A stretch of DNA of 64,000 bases, taken from contig OZ242374.1 of NCBI GenBank assembly GCA_965209055.1, positions 2,304,001 through 2,368,000 on the forward strand, given 5' to 3'. The notes beneath the pieces were generated by a model. The model saw only the letters and a program-made list of their open reading frames with translations. It was not told the origin of the DNA and searched no databases. Every line of letters starts with the position of its first letter. The first letter of the stretch is position 1. The DNA comes from Acidobacteriota bacterium. Lineage in GTDB: Bacteria > Acidobacteriota > UBA6911 > RPQK01 > JAJDTT01. The position numbers and the translations under genes were made by a program. Shown here piece by piece: positions 48,796 through 59,291 of the stretch.

Positions 48796-50445
48796 ATGAA
48801 TGCAGCGACGCGATTCCAACGCCGCCCCCTGGCCGGGGACCAGGCGGCCGGCATCGGGAGCTCCAGGGGGAGAAGGACCTTTTTGAAGGCCGCCGGCCTG
48901 GGGATCTTTGGAGTTGCGGCCGAACGCCTGCGGGCTCAGGTTCGTGGCCACGAGGGACCGGCCTGGTTTCCGTTGGAGGATCTCTATCGCCGGATCCGGC
49001 GGTTGGGCCGCGAGCACGGGGACTTTCTGAGGCTGGGGGATCTGGGGAAGAGCGTCCAGGGCCGTCCCCTGGTGGCGGTCCGTCTGAGCGACTGGTCCAT
49101 CTCCGGCGAGCACAAGGAGCACGTCCTCCTCACAACGCTCCATTCCGGAGGCGAGCGGATCGGCCCCAGCGCCATGTTGGAACTGGTGGAGTGGCTGCTC
49201 TCCGGCCATCCCCTGGCCCGGCGGATCCTGGCCCGCCAGGAGGTGGTATGCGTCCCCATCGTCAATCCGGACGGATACGTGAGCGGCAGCTTCCACAATG
49301 CCAACGATCTGGACCCGTACAACAACTGGACCCTGGACGGCCCGGTGCAGCCCGAGAAGCATCCGGAGGCCGTAGCCGTCCGGCGTCTCATGGATGAACT
49401 GCAGCCTGAAGTGCATGCGGACATGCACGGCTCCTTCCTCGAGTTCTACGGCTCCATCCACGCCGATACGGCGGCCGCCTACTCCAACGTCTCACTGCGT
49501 CCGTATCATCACGAAATCATGCGGCTCATGAACGAGGCGGCGTTGGAGGAGGGCTACCCGGCCGACTGGCTGGAGGAGGACTCGGAGCGCATGTTCTGGG
49601 GTCCCGATCTGGACGGGATGCGGGAGAAGACCTGGAAGGGCCGGCCCCGGGTCTACGCCGCCACCTATTGCTACAACCGGTACCACTCCCTGGTGACGGC
49701 CAACGAGAATGCGTGGGAACGAAGCGCCCTGCTCCGCTATCGCCGGCTGCTCCAAGTGGGGAACGAAGTCTGGCCCGGAGAGTACTATCCGGGTTATCCG
49801 ACCCGGGTGATGATGGGCAACGACCTGCATCGTCTGACCGCCTACGGAACCACGGCGGGCGACCGCCGGAGGAGCAGGGTGGAGCTGTGGAACAAGCTGC
49901 GTCAGCTCAGCTTCGGCTTCGACTGGCCGGAGGTGGAGGGCATGGCGCTTTGCGTCTGCGCCACCTCCCGGGAAGCGGCCCGCAAATGGTTGGGAGACAA
50001 CACGCTCCTGGACATGCTCTCCCGTATCGAGGGTCATCCCGGGATGAACCTGGAGCCCATCCGGCGCCTGGTCCATCGTCATCCCCTGGACGACGGCAAG
50101 CGCCCGGCGCGCTTTCTGGTGGAGGGGGGAGGCGCCAAGTTCTACCGGCAGGACTCGGGACCCGACCGCCTGGAGACCGGGGAGAGCGGCCCCGTTCGCC
50201 ACGGAATCTGCGTGCGGCTGCGAATCCCCTACCAGAACGCCCGGATTCTCGACCTCAGGCTCAACGGGCATGTCGTGGACCCATCCGAAACGGATGGGTT
50301 CGTCACCTGGGTGGCCCGGGGGTTCACCCATGTCCAGGTCGCCATTCCTCCCCGCACGACACGGGCCGGGGAGATCTTCCTGGTGACCTGTGAATACGAC
50401 CCCCGGGAGAGGCGCCGGCAGGGGAAGGTCCACTTCACGAACTGA
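48796..50445 (+). CDS. Tat-exported M14-like zinc hydrolase
   Basis: GRRTFLK twin-arginine; LGKSVQGRPL, LHSGGE, PIVNPDG, PE, DMHG. Confidence 0.7.
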   Translation: MNAATRFQRRPLAGDQAAGIGSSRGRRTFLKAAGLGIFGVAAERLRAQVRGHEGPAWFPLEDLYRRIRRLGREHGDFLRLGDLGKSVQGRPLVAVRLSDWSISGEHKEHVLLTTLHSGGERIGPSAMLELVEWLLSGHPLARRILARQEVVCVPIVNPDGYVSGSFHNANDLDPYNNWTLDGPVQPEKHPEAVAVRRLMDELQPEVHADMHGSFLEFYGSIHADTAAAYSNVSLRPYHHEIMRLMNEAALEEGYPADWLEEDSERMFWGPDLDGMREKTWKGRPRVYAATYCYNRYHSLVTANENAWERSALLRYRRLLQVGNEVWPGEYYPGYPTRVMMGNDLHRLTAYGTTAGDRRRSRVELWNKLRQLSFGFDWPEVEGMALCVCATSREAARKWLGDNTLLDMLSRIEGHPGMNLEPIRRLVHRHPLDDGKRPARFLVEGGGAKFYRQDSGPDRLETGESGPVRHGICVRLRIPYQNARILDLRLNGHVVDPSETDGFVTWVARGFTHVQVAIPPRTTRAGEIFLVTCEYDPRERRRQGKVHFTN

Positions 50446-50508
50446 AAATCTCGAATAATGAAGGGCGGAGAGACGAGACAGGTCATTGAGGAGCATGGAG
50501 TTCGAATA

Positions 50509-50543
50509 TCCGGGGTGCACGGGGCGGTGCCTGGTAATCCGGA
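50509..50543 (+). ncRNA. Candidate monovalent-cation (Na+/Li+) riboswitch aptamer in the nhaA leader
   Basis: Hairpin UCCGGGGUGC-AC-GGGGC-GGU-GCCUG-GUAAUCCGGA ending ~60 nt upstream of nhaA; family assignment unverified. Confidence 0.45.
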
Positions 50544-50604
50544 ATGACCCTGAGATCCCGCGTCGATCCGCATGAGATGAACCCATCGAAATAAAGGTTG
50601 TATC

Positions 50605-51816
50605 GTGGCTGCAAGCGAGTCCAAGAACGGCGTCATCGCCTTCCTCTTCGAAAACTCGGTCTTTCTCATCGCCGGAGCGTTCGGCGCGCTGGTGTGGGCC
50701 AATCTGGACCACGACTCCTACCACCACCTGGTCCACCTGAAGCTGTTCGAGGACACGTTGTTCGGGACGCTGAAACCCGACGGCACGCGTGTCTTCGACC
50801 TCCACTACCTGGTCAACGACGTGCTGATGGCGTTCTTCTTCGCCATCGCCGGCAAGGAGGTCTGGGAAGCCACCCTTCCCGGCGGTCCTCTCAGCAGTCC
50901 CAGGCGGGCCGCCGTGCCCCTCGTCGCAGCGGTGGGCGGAATGGTGGCGCCGGCTCTCCTCTACCTGTTGGGCGCGGCTCTGGTCGGTCGCTTCGATGAA
51001 CTGGCCAACGGCTGGGCCATTCCGTGCGCCACCGACATTGCCTTCAGCTACATGGTGGCCAGGATCGTCTTCGGCGCCGGCCATCCCGCGATTCCATTCC
51101 TGTTGCTCCTGGCGATCGCCGATGACGCCATGGGCCTGCTGATTCTCGCGGCCTTCTACCCCCAGGGGGAAGTGCAGATGCTGTGGATGGTCCTGGCTGT
51201 CGCGGGCGTGGGAGTCGCCTTCCTGTTTCAGCGCCTCCGCCTCCGCAGCTTCTGGTGGTATCTGGCCATTCCCGGCTCGCTGTCATGGGTCGGGTTCGCC
51301 ATGGCCGGACTGCATCCGGCTCTGGGCCTGCTGCCCGTCATTCCCGCCATGCCTCACCACCACTCCGACCGGGGCCTCTTCGATTGGAAGGAACTGGAGG
51401 CGACGGACACGCTGAACCAATTCGAGCACTGGTGGCAGAAGCCGGTGGAATTGATCCTGATGCTCTTCGGCCTCTTCAACGCCGGCGTGCTGTTGAGCGC
51501 CGTGGATTCCCCCACCTTCCTGGTCCTGATCGGGCTCCTGGCGGGCAAGCCCATCGGCATCTGGGGCGGAGCCATGCTGGTGGCCAGAGGGTTCCGGTTG
51601 GGACTCCCCGACGGGATCGCCTCCCGGGATTTGGTGGTTGTGGGGTTCGCCGCCGCCATCGGGTTCACCGTGGCGCTCTTCGTGACCACGGTGGCATTCC
51701 CGCCGGGACAGATCCAGGACGCCGCCAAGATGGGCGCGCTGGGTTCCTTCGTCGCGGCCCTGCTCACATACGTCGTGGCCCGGACCACGGGCATTAGGCC
51801 GAATCCGGTGAAATAG
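50605..51816 (+). CDS. nhaA: Na+/H+ antiporter NhaA
   Basis: VNDVLMAFFF, AAVGGM..PA, GWAIP.ATDIAF, LAIADD, GKPIGI, IGFTVALF. Confidence 0.93.
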   Translation: MAASESKNGVIAFLFENSVFLIAGAFGALVWANLDHDSYHHLVHLKLFEDTLFGTLKPDGTRVFDLHYLVNDVLMAFFFAIAGKEVWEATLPGGPLSSPRRAAVPLVAAVGGMVAPALLYLLGAALVGRFDELANGWAIPCATDIAFSYMVARIVFGAGHPAIPFLLLLAIADDAMGLLILAAFYPQGEVQMLWMVLAVAGVGVAFLFQRLRLRSFWWYLAIPGSLSWVGFAMAGLHPALGLLPVIPAMPHHHSDRGLFDWKELEATDTLNQFEHWWQKPVELILMLFGLFNAGVLLSAVDSPTFLVLIGLLAGKPIGIWGGAMLVARGFRLGLPDGIASRDLVVVGFAAAIGFTVALFVTTVAFPPGQIQDAAKMGALGSFVAALLTYVVARTTGIRPNPVK

Positions 51817-51838
51817 ACGTCGTCTTGCGGCGTTCGGA

Positions 51839-53302
51839 CTACGCCAGCAGGGGCTTCACCACTTCCCCGTGGATGTCGGTGAGCCGGTAGTGGCGTCCCT
51901 GGAACTTGAAGGTGAGCTGGGTGTGGTCGATTCCCAGGCAGTGCAGGACGGTGGCCTGGAAATCGTGGACGTGGACCGGATCCTTCACCACGTTGTAGCT
52001 GAAGTCGTCCGTCTCTCCGTAGCTGATTCCGGGACGGATGCCGCCTCCCGCCATCCACATGGTGAAACAGCGGGGATGGTGGTCGCGCCCGTAGTTGTCG
52101 TCGGTGAGCTTCCCCTGGCAATAGACGGTTCGCCCGAACTCGCCTCCCCAGATGACCAGCGTCTCGTCCAGCAATCCCCTCTGCTTCAGGTCGGTGACCA
52201 GCGCCGCCGAAGCTTGGTCCGTGTCCTCGCACTGCCCCCGGATCTGGGCGGGGAGGTCGTCGTGCTGGTCCCAACCACGGTGGTAGAGCTGGACGAAGCG
52301 GACGCCCGCTTCGCTGAGGCGGCGGGCCATGAGGCAGTTGGCGGCGTAGGTTCCGGGCTTTCTCGAGTCGGGGCCGTAGAGCTCGAAGATATGGTCCGGC
52401 TCGTTGGAGACGTCGGTCAGCTCGGGGACCGAGAGCTGCATCTTGTAGGCCATCTCGTACTGGCTGATCCGGGTCGTGATCTCCGGGTCGCCGAAGGCCT
52501 CGGCCCGCAGCCGGTTGATCTGACCGATCCCGTCCAGCATCCGTCTCCGGCTGCGGTGGTCCACGCCGGGCGGGTTGGACAGGTACAGGACCGGGTCCCC
52601 GACGCCCCTGAACTTGACCCCCTGATGGTCGGAGGGAAGGAAACCGGAGCCCCAAAGGCGGGAGAAGATGGGCTGGGGATTGGTCTTGATCCGGCCGATG
52701 GAGACCATCACCACGAAGCTGGGAAGATCCAGGCTCTCGCTGCCGAGCCCGTAGCTGAGCCAGGCGCCCAGGCTGGGGCGGCCCGGCTGCTGACTTCCGG
52801 TCTGGAAGAAGGTGATGCCCGGGTCGTGATTGATGGCTTCGGTGTGAAGCGTCTTGACGATGGCGATGTCGTCCACGATCTGCGCGGTCCGCGGCAGGAG
52901 TTCGCTCACCCAGGCTCCCGACTCCCCGTGCCGGGAGAACTTGAAGAGGGAGGGAGCCACGGGGAGGGTCTTCTGCCGCGAGGTCATGCCGGTGATCCGT
53001 TGTCCCCGGCGCACCGAGTCGGGCAGGTCCGTCCCCCGATGCTTCTCCAGTTGGGGCTTGTAGTCGAGCAGGTCCATCTGGGCCGGCGCGCCCGACTGGA
53101 AGAGGAAGATGACCCGTTTGGCCTTGGGAGCGAAGTGGGGCAGGTCGGGCCGGATGCCGTGAGGTATCCCATTGCCGGTCCGGCCTGAGAACAGATGGGG
53201 ATTCAGGATCGAGGCCAGCGCGGCCGTGCCGATGCCGGTGCTGGTCCGGCCAAAGAACTGGCGCCGCGTGATCTCCAGCGGCAATCGATTTTCCGGGTCC
53301 AC
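51839..53302 (-). CDS. DUF1501 family protein with Tat signal
   Basis: TRRQFF, PKAKRVIFLFQSG, EAINH.P, GRPS.G.W, GWDQH, GGEFGRT, GRDHHP; GTG start 53302. Confidence 0.9.
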   Translation of the reverse strand: MDPENRLPLEITRRQFFGRTSTGIGTAALASILNPHLFSGRTGNGIPHGIRPDLPHFAPKAKRVIFLFQSGAPAQMDLLDYKPQLEKHRGTDLPDSVRRGQRITGMTSRQKTLPVAPSLFKFSRHGESGAWVSELLPRTAQIVDDIAIVKTLHTEAINHDPGITFFQTGSQQPGRPSLGAWLSYGLGSESLDLPSFVVMVSIGRIKTNPQPIFSRLWGSGFLPSDHQGVKFRGVGDPVLYLSNPPGVDHRSRRRMLDGIGQINRLRAEAFGDPEITTRISQYEMAYKMQLSVPELTDVSNEPDHIFELYGPDSRKPGTYAANCLMARRLSEAGVRFVQLYHRGWDQHDDLPAQIRGQCEDTDQASAALVTDLKQRGLLDETLVIWGGEFGRTVYCQGKLTDDNYGRDHHPRCFTMWMAGGGIRPGISYGETDDFSYNVVKDPVHVHDFQATVLHCLGIDHTQLTFKFQGRHYRLTDIHGEVVKPLLA

Positions 53303-53307
53303 GTTTC

Positions 53308-56300
53308 TCACTCCCGGGTAATGGTTTCGTCCAGGTTCAGAATGCTGCCGGTCACGGTGGTCCACGCGGCCAACTCCACCGGGTCCAGGCTCGGATCGAA
53401 CGGGGATTCGCCCACCTCGATCAGACGCCGGGCCGCCTCGGGATCGGACCTGTAGTAGCTTCGCTGCTGTTGGAGGATCCGGTCCAGGATCGGGGCCTCT
53501 CGCGGGTCGGGCGCCCGTCCCGTCGCCAGACGGAAAGCGAGGCGGATCCGATCCTCCGTGTCCGAGGCCGTTCCCTTCAGAGTGCGTTGGGCCAGGGATC
53601 GGGCCGCCTCCACGTAAGTCGGGTCGTTCAGCAGGATCAGCGCCTGCAACGGAGTGTTGGTCCGCGGCCGCCGCATGGTGCAGGTTTCCCGGTCGGGGGC
53701 GTCGAATGCCATCAACGTGGGCGGAGGAATCGTCCGCTTCCAGAAGGTGTAGAGGCCACGGCGGTAGAGGTCCGGTCCCTCTCCCTGAACATATTCCTGG
53801 GCCGTGTACTTCTCGCCGTAGGCCATCTCCTTCCACAGTCCGGGGGGCTGGTATGGATAGACGCTGGGTCCACCGATCGTGTTCACCAGAAGGCCGCTGA
53901 CTCTCAGGGCGTTGTCACGAACCAGCTCGGCCGGCAACCGGAAGCGGGAGGCCCGCGCCAGCAGCCGGTTTTCCGGGTCCCTCTCCAGCAGCTCCGCCGT
54001 GACGCGGGAACTCTGGCGGTAGGTGGCGGACGTGACCAGGAGCCGTTGCAGGCCCTTCACGTCCCATCCTGAGCCGACGAACTCGGAGGACAGCCAGTCC
54101 AGAAGTTCCGGGTGGCTGGGTTGATCTCCCTGGGAGCCGAAGTTCTCCGCCGATTTGACGAAGCCGTTGCCGTAGTACATCTGCCAGAACCGGTTCACCG
54201 TGACTCGCGCCGTCAACGGGTGGTCCGGGCCGACCAGCCAGCGGGCCAGGCCCAGGCGGTTGGGAGGCGCATCCTGCGGGAATGGCGATAGCGCGGCAGG
54301 AACACCCGGCTCGACCTTCTCCCCGCTATTGCGGTAGTCACCCCGATCCAGGACCATCGTCTCCCGCGGTTCTTCCATCTCCTCCATCACCATGATGGTG
54401 GGGACGGCCGCCTGCAGCTTCTGCTCGTCCCTGCGAAGCTTCTCCTGCTCCCGGTGCAGTTCGCGATAGAGGGCGGGAGCGTCTCTATCCAGGTAAAACC
54501 GGAGCAGGTCCTCCTGCTTCTGTTCGGACCGGTCCTCTTCCGGTTCCCGGAGGATGGCCCGGATGGGATGGTAGACGGCCAACTGCTCCACTTCGTTCGC
54601 CGACAGGGTCCGATCGTAGATGCGCACCTCGTCCATCCGGCCGTCGAACATCCCCTTGGCGTGGCGCCGGCCCAGCAACAGCGGGCGCTCGGACCGGATG
54701 GAGCCGGTCAGGGTGTCGTGCAGGACCTCCACTTCCTGAAGCTTGCCGTCCAGGTAGAGGGCCACGCCGGAGGCTCGTCCGGAGCCGTCGTAAGTGAGAG
54801 CCAGGTGATGCCACTCGTTCAAGGACACCGGGGTGTGCGAGCGGACCTTGATGGCGTTGTCCGGCCAGTCATGAACCAGGTGGGCCATGAGGAGGGGCCC
54901 GCTGTATTTGGGGCCCTCGTGCTCCTTGAAGTCTCCGACGAAGAGGTCGTAGCCGCGGAGACCGTCCAGATCATCCATCCGGGCGACGACGGCCTGGTCC
55001 CCCTCGTTCCTGAGCCGGACCCAGGCCAACAGAGAGAAGGCGTCGGTCCGCTCGAACCCACCCAGGTCGCCCAGGTCCACATGGCTGCGGATGGTGAATT
55101 TGATGGCGCCGCCGACCTTGCCCTCGGCCGGGACCAGTTCCTCGCCTCTGGGTTTTCCGTGACGGTAATGGCCGCTGGTGTCCGAGGTGTGGTGATCCAA
55201 TTCGTAATGGGCCAGGAGGCCTTGGCGGGGACTCTCGGGAAGCTTGGCCGAAGTGGGCGCCTCCCACTCCCGGACCAGGGACTTCAAGCGGCTTTCCGGC
55301 ATCTGGTTCTCGATGGCCTCCAGCCTCTCCCGCAACTCCTGCAGTCGGCTTGACTGGTCGGGATAGGGCATTTCCATGACCGGCGCCGCGTTGCCTTTCC
55401 GTCCGTCCAGACCCTTTTCGGGAATGGTGTTGAAGAAAGCCGAAAAGCGGTAGAACTCCCGCTGCCGAATGGGGTCGTACTTGTGGTCGTGGCAGCGGGC
55501 GCACCCCATGGTCAGGCCCATCCAGACCGTCGACGTCGTGTTGACCCGGTCGACCACGTACTCCAGCCGGTACTCCTCGGGAATGGCGCCTCCCTCGAAG
55601 TTGATCATGTGGTTGCGGTTGAATCCGGTGGCCAGCTTCTGTTGGGACGTGGCCTTGGGGAGCAGGTCGCCGGCCAGTTGCTCGATGGTGAATTCGTCGA
55701 AGGGCTGGTTCCGGTTAAAGGAATCGATGACCCAGTCCCGCCAGAGCCACATGTCCCGGTGGCTGTCGATGTGGTAGCCGTGGGTGTCGGCATAGCGGCT
55801 GGCGTCGAGCCACTCCAGGGCCATCCGCTCACCGTAGTGCCGGGAGGCGAGGAGTCGTTCCACCACCTTCTCGTAGGCTCCGGAGCTCCGGTCCGCCAGG
55901 AAGGCGTCCACCTCCGCCGGTGTGGGGGGCAGTCCGGTCAGGTCCAGCGTCACCCGGCGGATCAAGGTGACGCGATCCGCTTCGGGTGACGGTTCGAGCC
56001 CCTCGCTTTCGAGACGGGCCAGGATGAACCGGTCGACAGGATTGCGGACCCAGGAGACGCGTTTCACCTGCGGGAGGGAGGTCCGGCGCGGCTTGACGAA
56101 GGCCCAGTGATCCCTGGCCTCGGCGCCTTCGCTGATCCAGCGCCGAATGAGGTCGACCTGGTTCCGGTCCAGCTTCCGGTCGAATCCGGGCGGCGGCATC
56201 CGCGCCGCCTCGTGGTCCGCCGAAATCCTCTGGTACAGGCGGCTCGAATCGGCGTCTCCCGGAGTGACGATCCTGTAACCGTCCCGGTCCTGGAACAGCG

Positions 56301-56532
56301 CTTCCTTCGAATCGAGGCGCAGGTCCGCCTGCCTCACCTTTTCGTCCGGGCCGTGGCAGGCGAAACAGTGGTCGGAGAGGATGGGGCGAATCTGGCGGTT
56401 GTAGTCGACGGCAGTGGCCGCCGGCTCGGCGTGGACCGTTGACGGAATTGCGCCGAAGGCGAGCAATCCTGCCAGAACCACAGTTCTCGCCGTCCGTTTT
56501 GCGATGCCGGCCGTCACGTCTGATTGACTCAT
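53308..56532 (-). CDS. PSD1/planctomycete cytochrome c protein (PSCyt1-DUF1549-LamG-DUF1553)
   Basis: CFACHG and CARCHDHK heme motifs, LIRRVTLDLTGLPP, LamG insert (WHHLALTYDG), RLGLARWL, HPELLDWL, TNTPLQAL. Confidence 0.92.
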   Translation of the reverse strand: MSQSDVTAGIAKRTARTVVLAGLLAFGAIPSTVHAEPAATAVDYNRQIRPILSDHCFACHGPDEKVRQADLRLDSKEALFQDRDGYRIVTPGDADSSRLYQRISADHEAARMPPPGFDRKLDRNQVDLIRRWISEGAEARDHWAFVKPRRTSLPQVKRVSWVRNPVDRFILARLESEGLEPSPEADRVTLIRRVTLDLTGLPPTPAEVDAFLADRSSGAYEKVVERLLASRHYGERMALEWLDASRYADTHGYHIDSHRDMWLWRDWVIDSFNRNQPFDEFTIEQLAGDLLPKATSQQKLATGFNRNHMINFEGGAIPEEYRLEYVVDRVNTTSTVWMGLTMGCARCHDHKYDPIRQREFYRFSAFFNTIPEKGLDGRKGNAAPVMEMPYPDQSSRLQELRERLEAIENQMPESRLKSLVREWEAPTSAKLPESPRQGLLAHYELDHHTSDTSGHYRHGKPRGEELVPAEGKVGGAIKFTIRSHVDLGDLGGFERTDAFSLLAWVRLRNEGDQAVVARMDDLDGLRGYDLFVGDFKEHEGPKYSGPLLMAHLVHDWPDNAIKVRSHTPVSLNEWHHLALTYDGSGRASGVALYLDGKLQEVEVLHDTLTGSIRSERPLLLGRRHAKGMFDGRMDEVRIYDRTLSANEVEQLAVYHPIRAILREPEEDRSEQKQEDLLRFYLDRDAPALYRELHREQEKLRRDEQKLQAAVPTIMVMEEMEEPRETMVLDRGDYRNSGEKVEPGVPAALSPFPQDAPPNRLGLARWLVGPDHPLTARVTVNRFWQMYYGNGFVKSAENFGSQGDQPSHPELLDWLSSEFVGSGWDVKGLQRLLVTSATYRQSSRVTAELLERDPENRLLARASRFRLPAELVRDNALRVSGLLVNTIGGPSVYPYQPPGLWKEMAYGEKYTAQEYVQGEGPDLYRRGLYTFWKRTIPPPTLMAFDAPDRETCTMRRPRTNTPLQALILLNDPTYVEAARSLAQRTLKGTASDTEDRIRLAFRLATGRAPDPREAPILDRILQQQRSYYRSDPEAARRLIEVGESPFDPSLDPVELAAWTTVTGSILNLDETITRE

Positions 56533-56691
56533 GATATTCAGACCCGAGTGTAGCCCAAATGGGTCGGCTCCGCTCCGGGCAGCGGCCGGTCGAACTGTAC
56601 GGTGAGTGTACGCCGGGCGAAGACCGCGCCGCAACCTGTGGATACACCGAGATTTCAAGTGATCTTCACGGCTCCTTAAATCCCGCAACTT

Positions 56692-57042
56692 ATGCTCTGG
56701 ACGGTTCTTCCCCAGGTCATTCGCGGCGTGCAGGTGGCAGTGGGCGAGGCGGCCTTCCAGGACGTGGCCTTCAATCCGTTGGGCGGCGTCGATCGGGGCG
56801 AGGTCACCGTGGTGGCCGAGGCCGGCCAGGACTCCGAAGCCGCCCTGCTGGTGGAACGAAAGACGGCCCCCACCGTGAGCGACGCCATCGGCGCACAGGA
56901 GATGTCCCGGATGGTGGGATCAGACGCCAGCGACGTGATGCAGCGGGTCACCGGCGTCTCCTTCGTGGACAGCAAGTACGCCCATATCCGCGGCTCGGGA
57001 GAGCGCTACAGCTCCACCATGCTCAACGGCGCCGCACGCTGA
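56692..57042 (+). pseudogene. TonB-dependent receptor remnant (plug-domain fragment)
   Basis: EVTVVA...SDAIGAQEMSR...DA.DVMQRVTGVS....YA.IRG.GERY...MLNG then a stop; no beta-barrel, no signal peptide. Confidence 0.75.
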
Positions 57043-57491
57043 GCATCCGGAGACGCCGAATTTCGTCGCCGGGCGACCTCAACGGCACTGGGCGCTCGCA
57101 CCTCCCAACGGTTTCATTTCCCAGTGACTCATTCCTCAATTGGTTCGGAAACCGCTGCCGCCTCACAGGCGACCAACGTCCAAAAGTACCGGCCGAATGA
57201 ACTGCTCAGCCGGATAGTTGCTCGCGATTCTGGTCCCCGGGGTGGACGGCAGGTATTCTCCAAGACTACCGGCCGCGTCATGAAGGGCTCGGGAGACGCC
57301 ACGTCCACGCGTTCCAGGCTGCAGCAGGAGTTTGCTTGATTAGTCTTCTACTCGGCTCATTTTCGAGTTCATTTTTGGCTTGGTGGCTGTTTTTCGCCCT
57401 CTCACCGCCGCAAGCCGGCGGTCCCCCATCAGAGCATGGTCGCCGGGTGGACGGATCGATCGCCCAACAGGCGCAGGAACAGGAAGAGGCG

Positions 57492-58820
57492 GCTCTGTAC
57501 TTTCCGGACTACGTGGACGGAGGCGGATGGTCGGTACAACTGGCGCTCAGCAACGTCGACCCGGACGCGGCAGCCGAGGTCCGGGTCGAAGTCTACGATC
57601 CCGAAGGACAACCGGTCCTGGATCTGTTCGATTCCGATTTGACGTTGGAGATTCCAGCGCTGGGCAGCCGAGTCATGAGAAGCGCCGGCTCCGGAGCCAT
57701 TCGGCGGGGTTGGATCCAGGTCGGGGCCGACGCGCCCACGATCAGTGGACTGTTGACCTACCGGCACGCCGAATCCGGAGTCGAAGTCGGCGTCCAATCC
57801 GTCGAGCTGGGGAACGAATTTGCGCTGTTCGTCGAGGAATCGACGACGGTCGGCGCCGGAATCGCCATTTTCAAGCCGGACGCCTCGTCTGGGCTCGAGC
57901 TTCGAATCCGCGACGAGGAAGGGAACGACCCCCTGGAGGGCGGGTTCGTCCCCTGGTCGGATTTCCACCAGTCGGCGCTCACGCTTCCGGAATGGTTCTC
58001 GGTGGAAGGAGTCGCTACGGGATTCCTGGATGACTTTCGCGGCCTGTTGTTCCTGGAGACCGGGGACGAGTCTCCGTTCGCCCCGCTCGGGTTGCGGTTC
58101 GGCAAAGGGACTTCTTCGCTCTCGGCCGTGCCGGCGGTCCGGACCCGGAGTCAGGAACCTAAGGAATCTGCCCTGATCTTCCCCGACTACGTGGATGGAG
58201 GCGGATGGTCGGTGCAACTTGTGCTCAGCAACGTCGGCCCCGAGGATGCAGCCGGCGTGCGCGTTGAAGTCTACGATCCCGAAGGACAACCGGTCCGGGA
58301 TCTGTTCGATTCCGATTTGACGTTGGAGATTCCCGCGCTGGGCAGCCGAGTTTTGAAAAGCGCCGGCTCGGGGACCATTCGGCGGGGTTGGATCGAGGTC
58401 GAGACCGGTACGGCAGCGGTGAGTGGTTTGTTGACCTACCGGCACGCCCGGTCGGGGATCGAAGTCGGTGTCGAGCCCGCCCGGTTGGGGAAGCAATTCG
58501 CTCTGTTCGTGGAGGAATCGGGAACCGTCGGAGCGGGACTCGCCCTCTTCAAACCGGATGCGGAATCCAGGGTCGAGCTGAGAATCCGCGACGAGGAGGG
58601 GAACGATCCGTTGAACGGATTGTTCCTCCCCTGGAGAGACTTCCAGCAGTCGGCGCTCACGCTCCCGGAGTGGTTCGACGTGCCCGGGGTGGATGCGGGA
58701 TTTCTGAGGAACTTTCGAGGTCTCCTGTTTCTGCGGACGGAGGATGAATCCGGCTTCGCCCCGCTGGGGTTGCGTTTCGGGAAGGAATCCTCTTCGCTCT
58801 CGGCGGTGCCGGCGATTCGG
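57492..58820 (+). repeat. Intragenic tandem duplication, period 678 bp
   Basis: ALYFPDYVDGGGWSVQL (57492) and ALIFPDYVDGGGWSVQL (58170); long identical nucleotide runs such as gatctgttcgattccgatttgacgttggagattcc. Confidence 0.92.
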
Positions 58821-59291
58821 ATCCCGGACGGCGGCGGCATCGGCGGCGGCCATGCCCCCCCGCCGACGGTCACGCTGTCCGCCTCTCCGAGTTCCATCGA
58901 ACGAGGCCAGAGCACGACGCTGACCTGGTCGTCGACGAATGCGGAAAGCGCTGAGATCGAACCGGACATCGGTAGGGTGCCGGCATCCGGGTCTCGAAAG
59001 GTGTCGCCGAACGTCACCACGACCTACCGCATCACGGTTACGGGAGCGGACGGACGGACGGCCAAGGCGGCGGTCACGGTGACGGTGGCCGTTTCCGCGC
59101 GGGCGGCCCTAGGCGCGCTGTACGATGCCCTGGGCGGATCGGATTGGACCCATAGCGACAACTGGCTGACCGAGGCCCCGCTGAGAGATTGGTATGGGGT
59201 CCAAGTCGACAGCCAGGGCCGGGTGACCGGACTACGGTTGTTCACATGGATCGTTTCTGAAGAGGGGAACCGATCAAGGCAGGGGATCGGT

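Noticed and set aside
51839-56532. PSD1/DUF1553 plus DUF1501 pair as a new system
   Set aside because: Common, already described pair in Planctomycetota, Verrucomicrobiota and Acidobacteriota, although its function remains unclear
56637-56645. DnaA-box-like TGTGGATAC
   Set aside because: Single mismatched copy; no box cluster or AT-rich unwinding element
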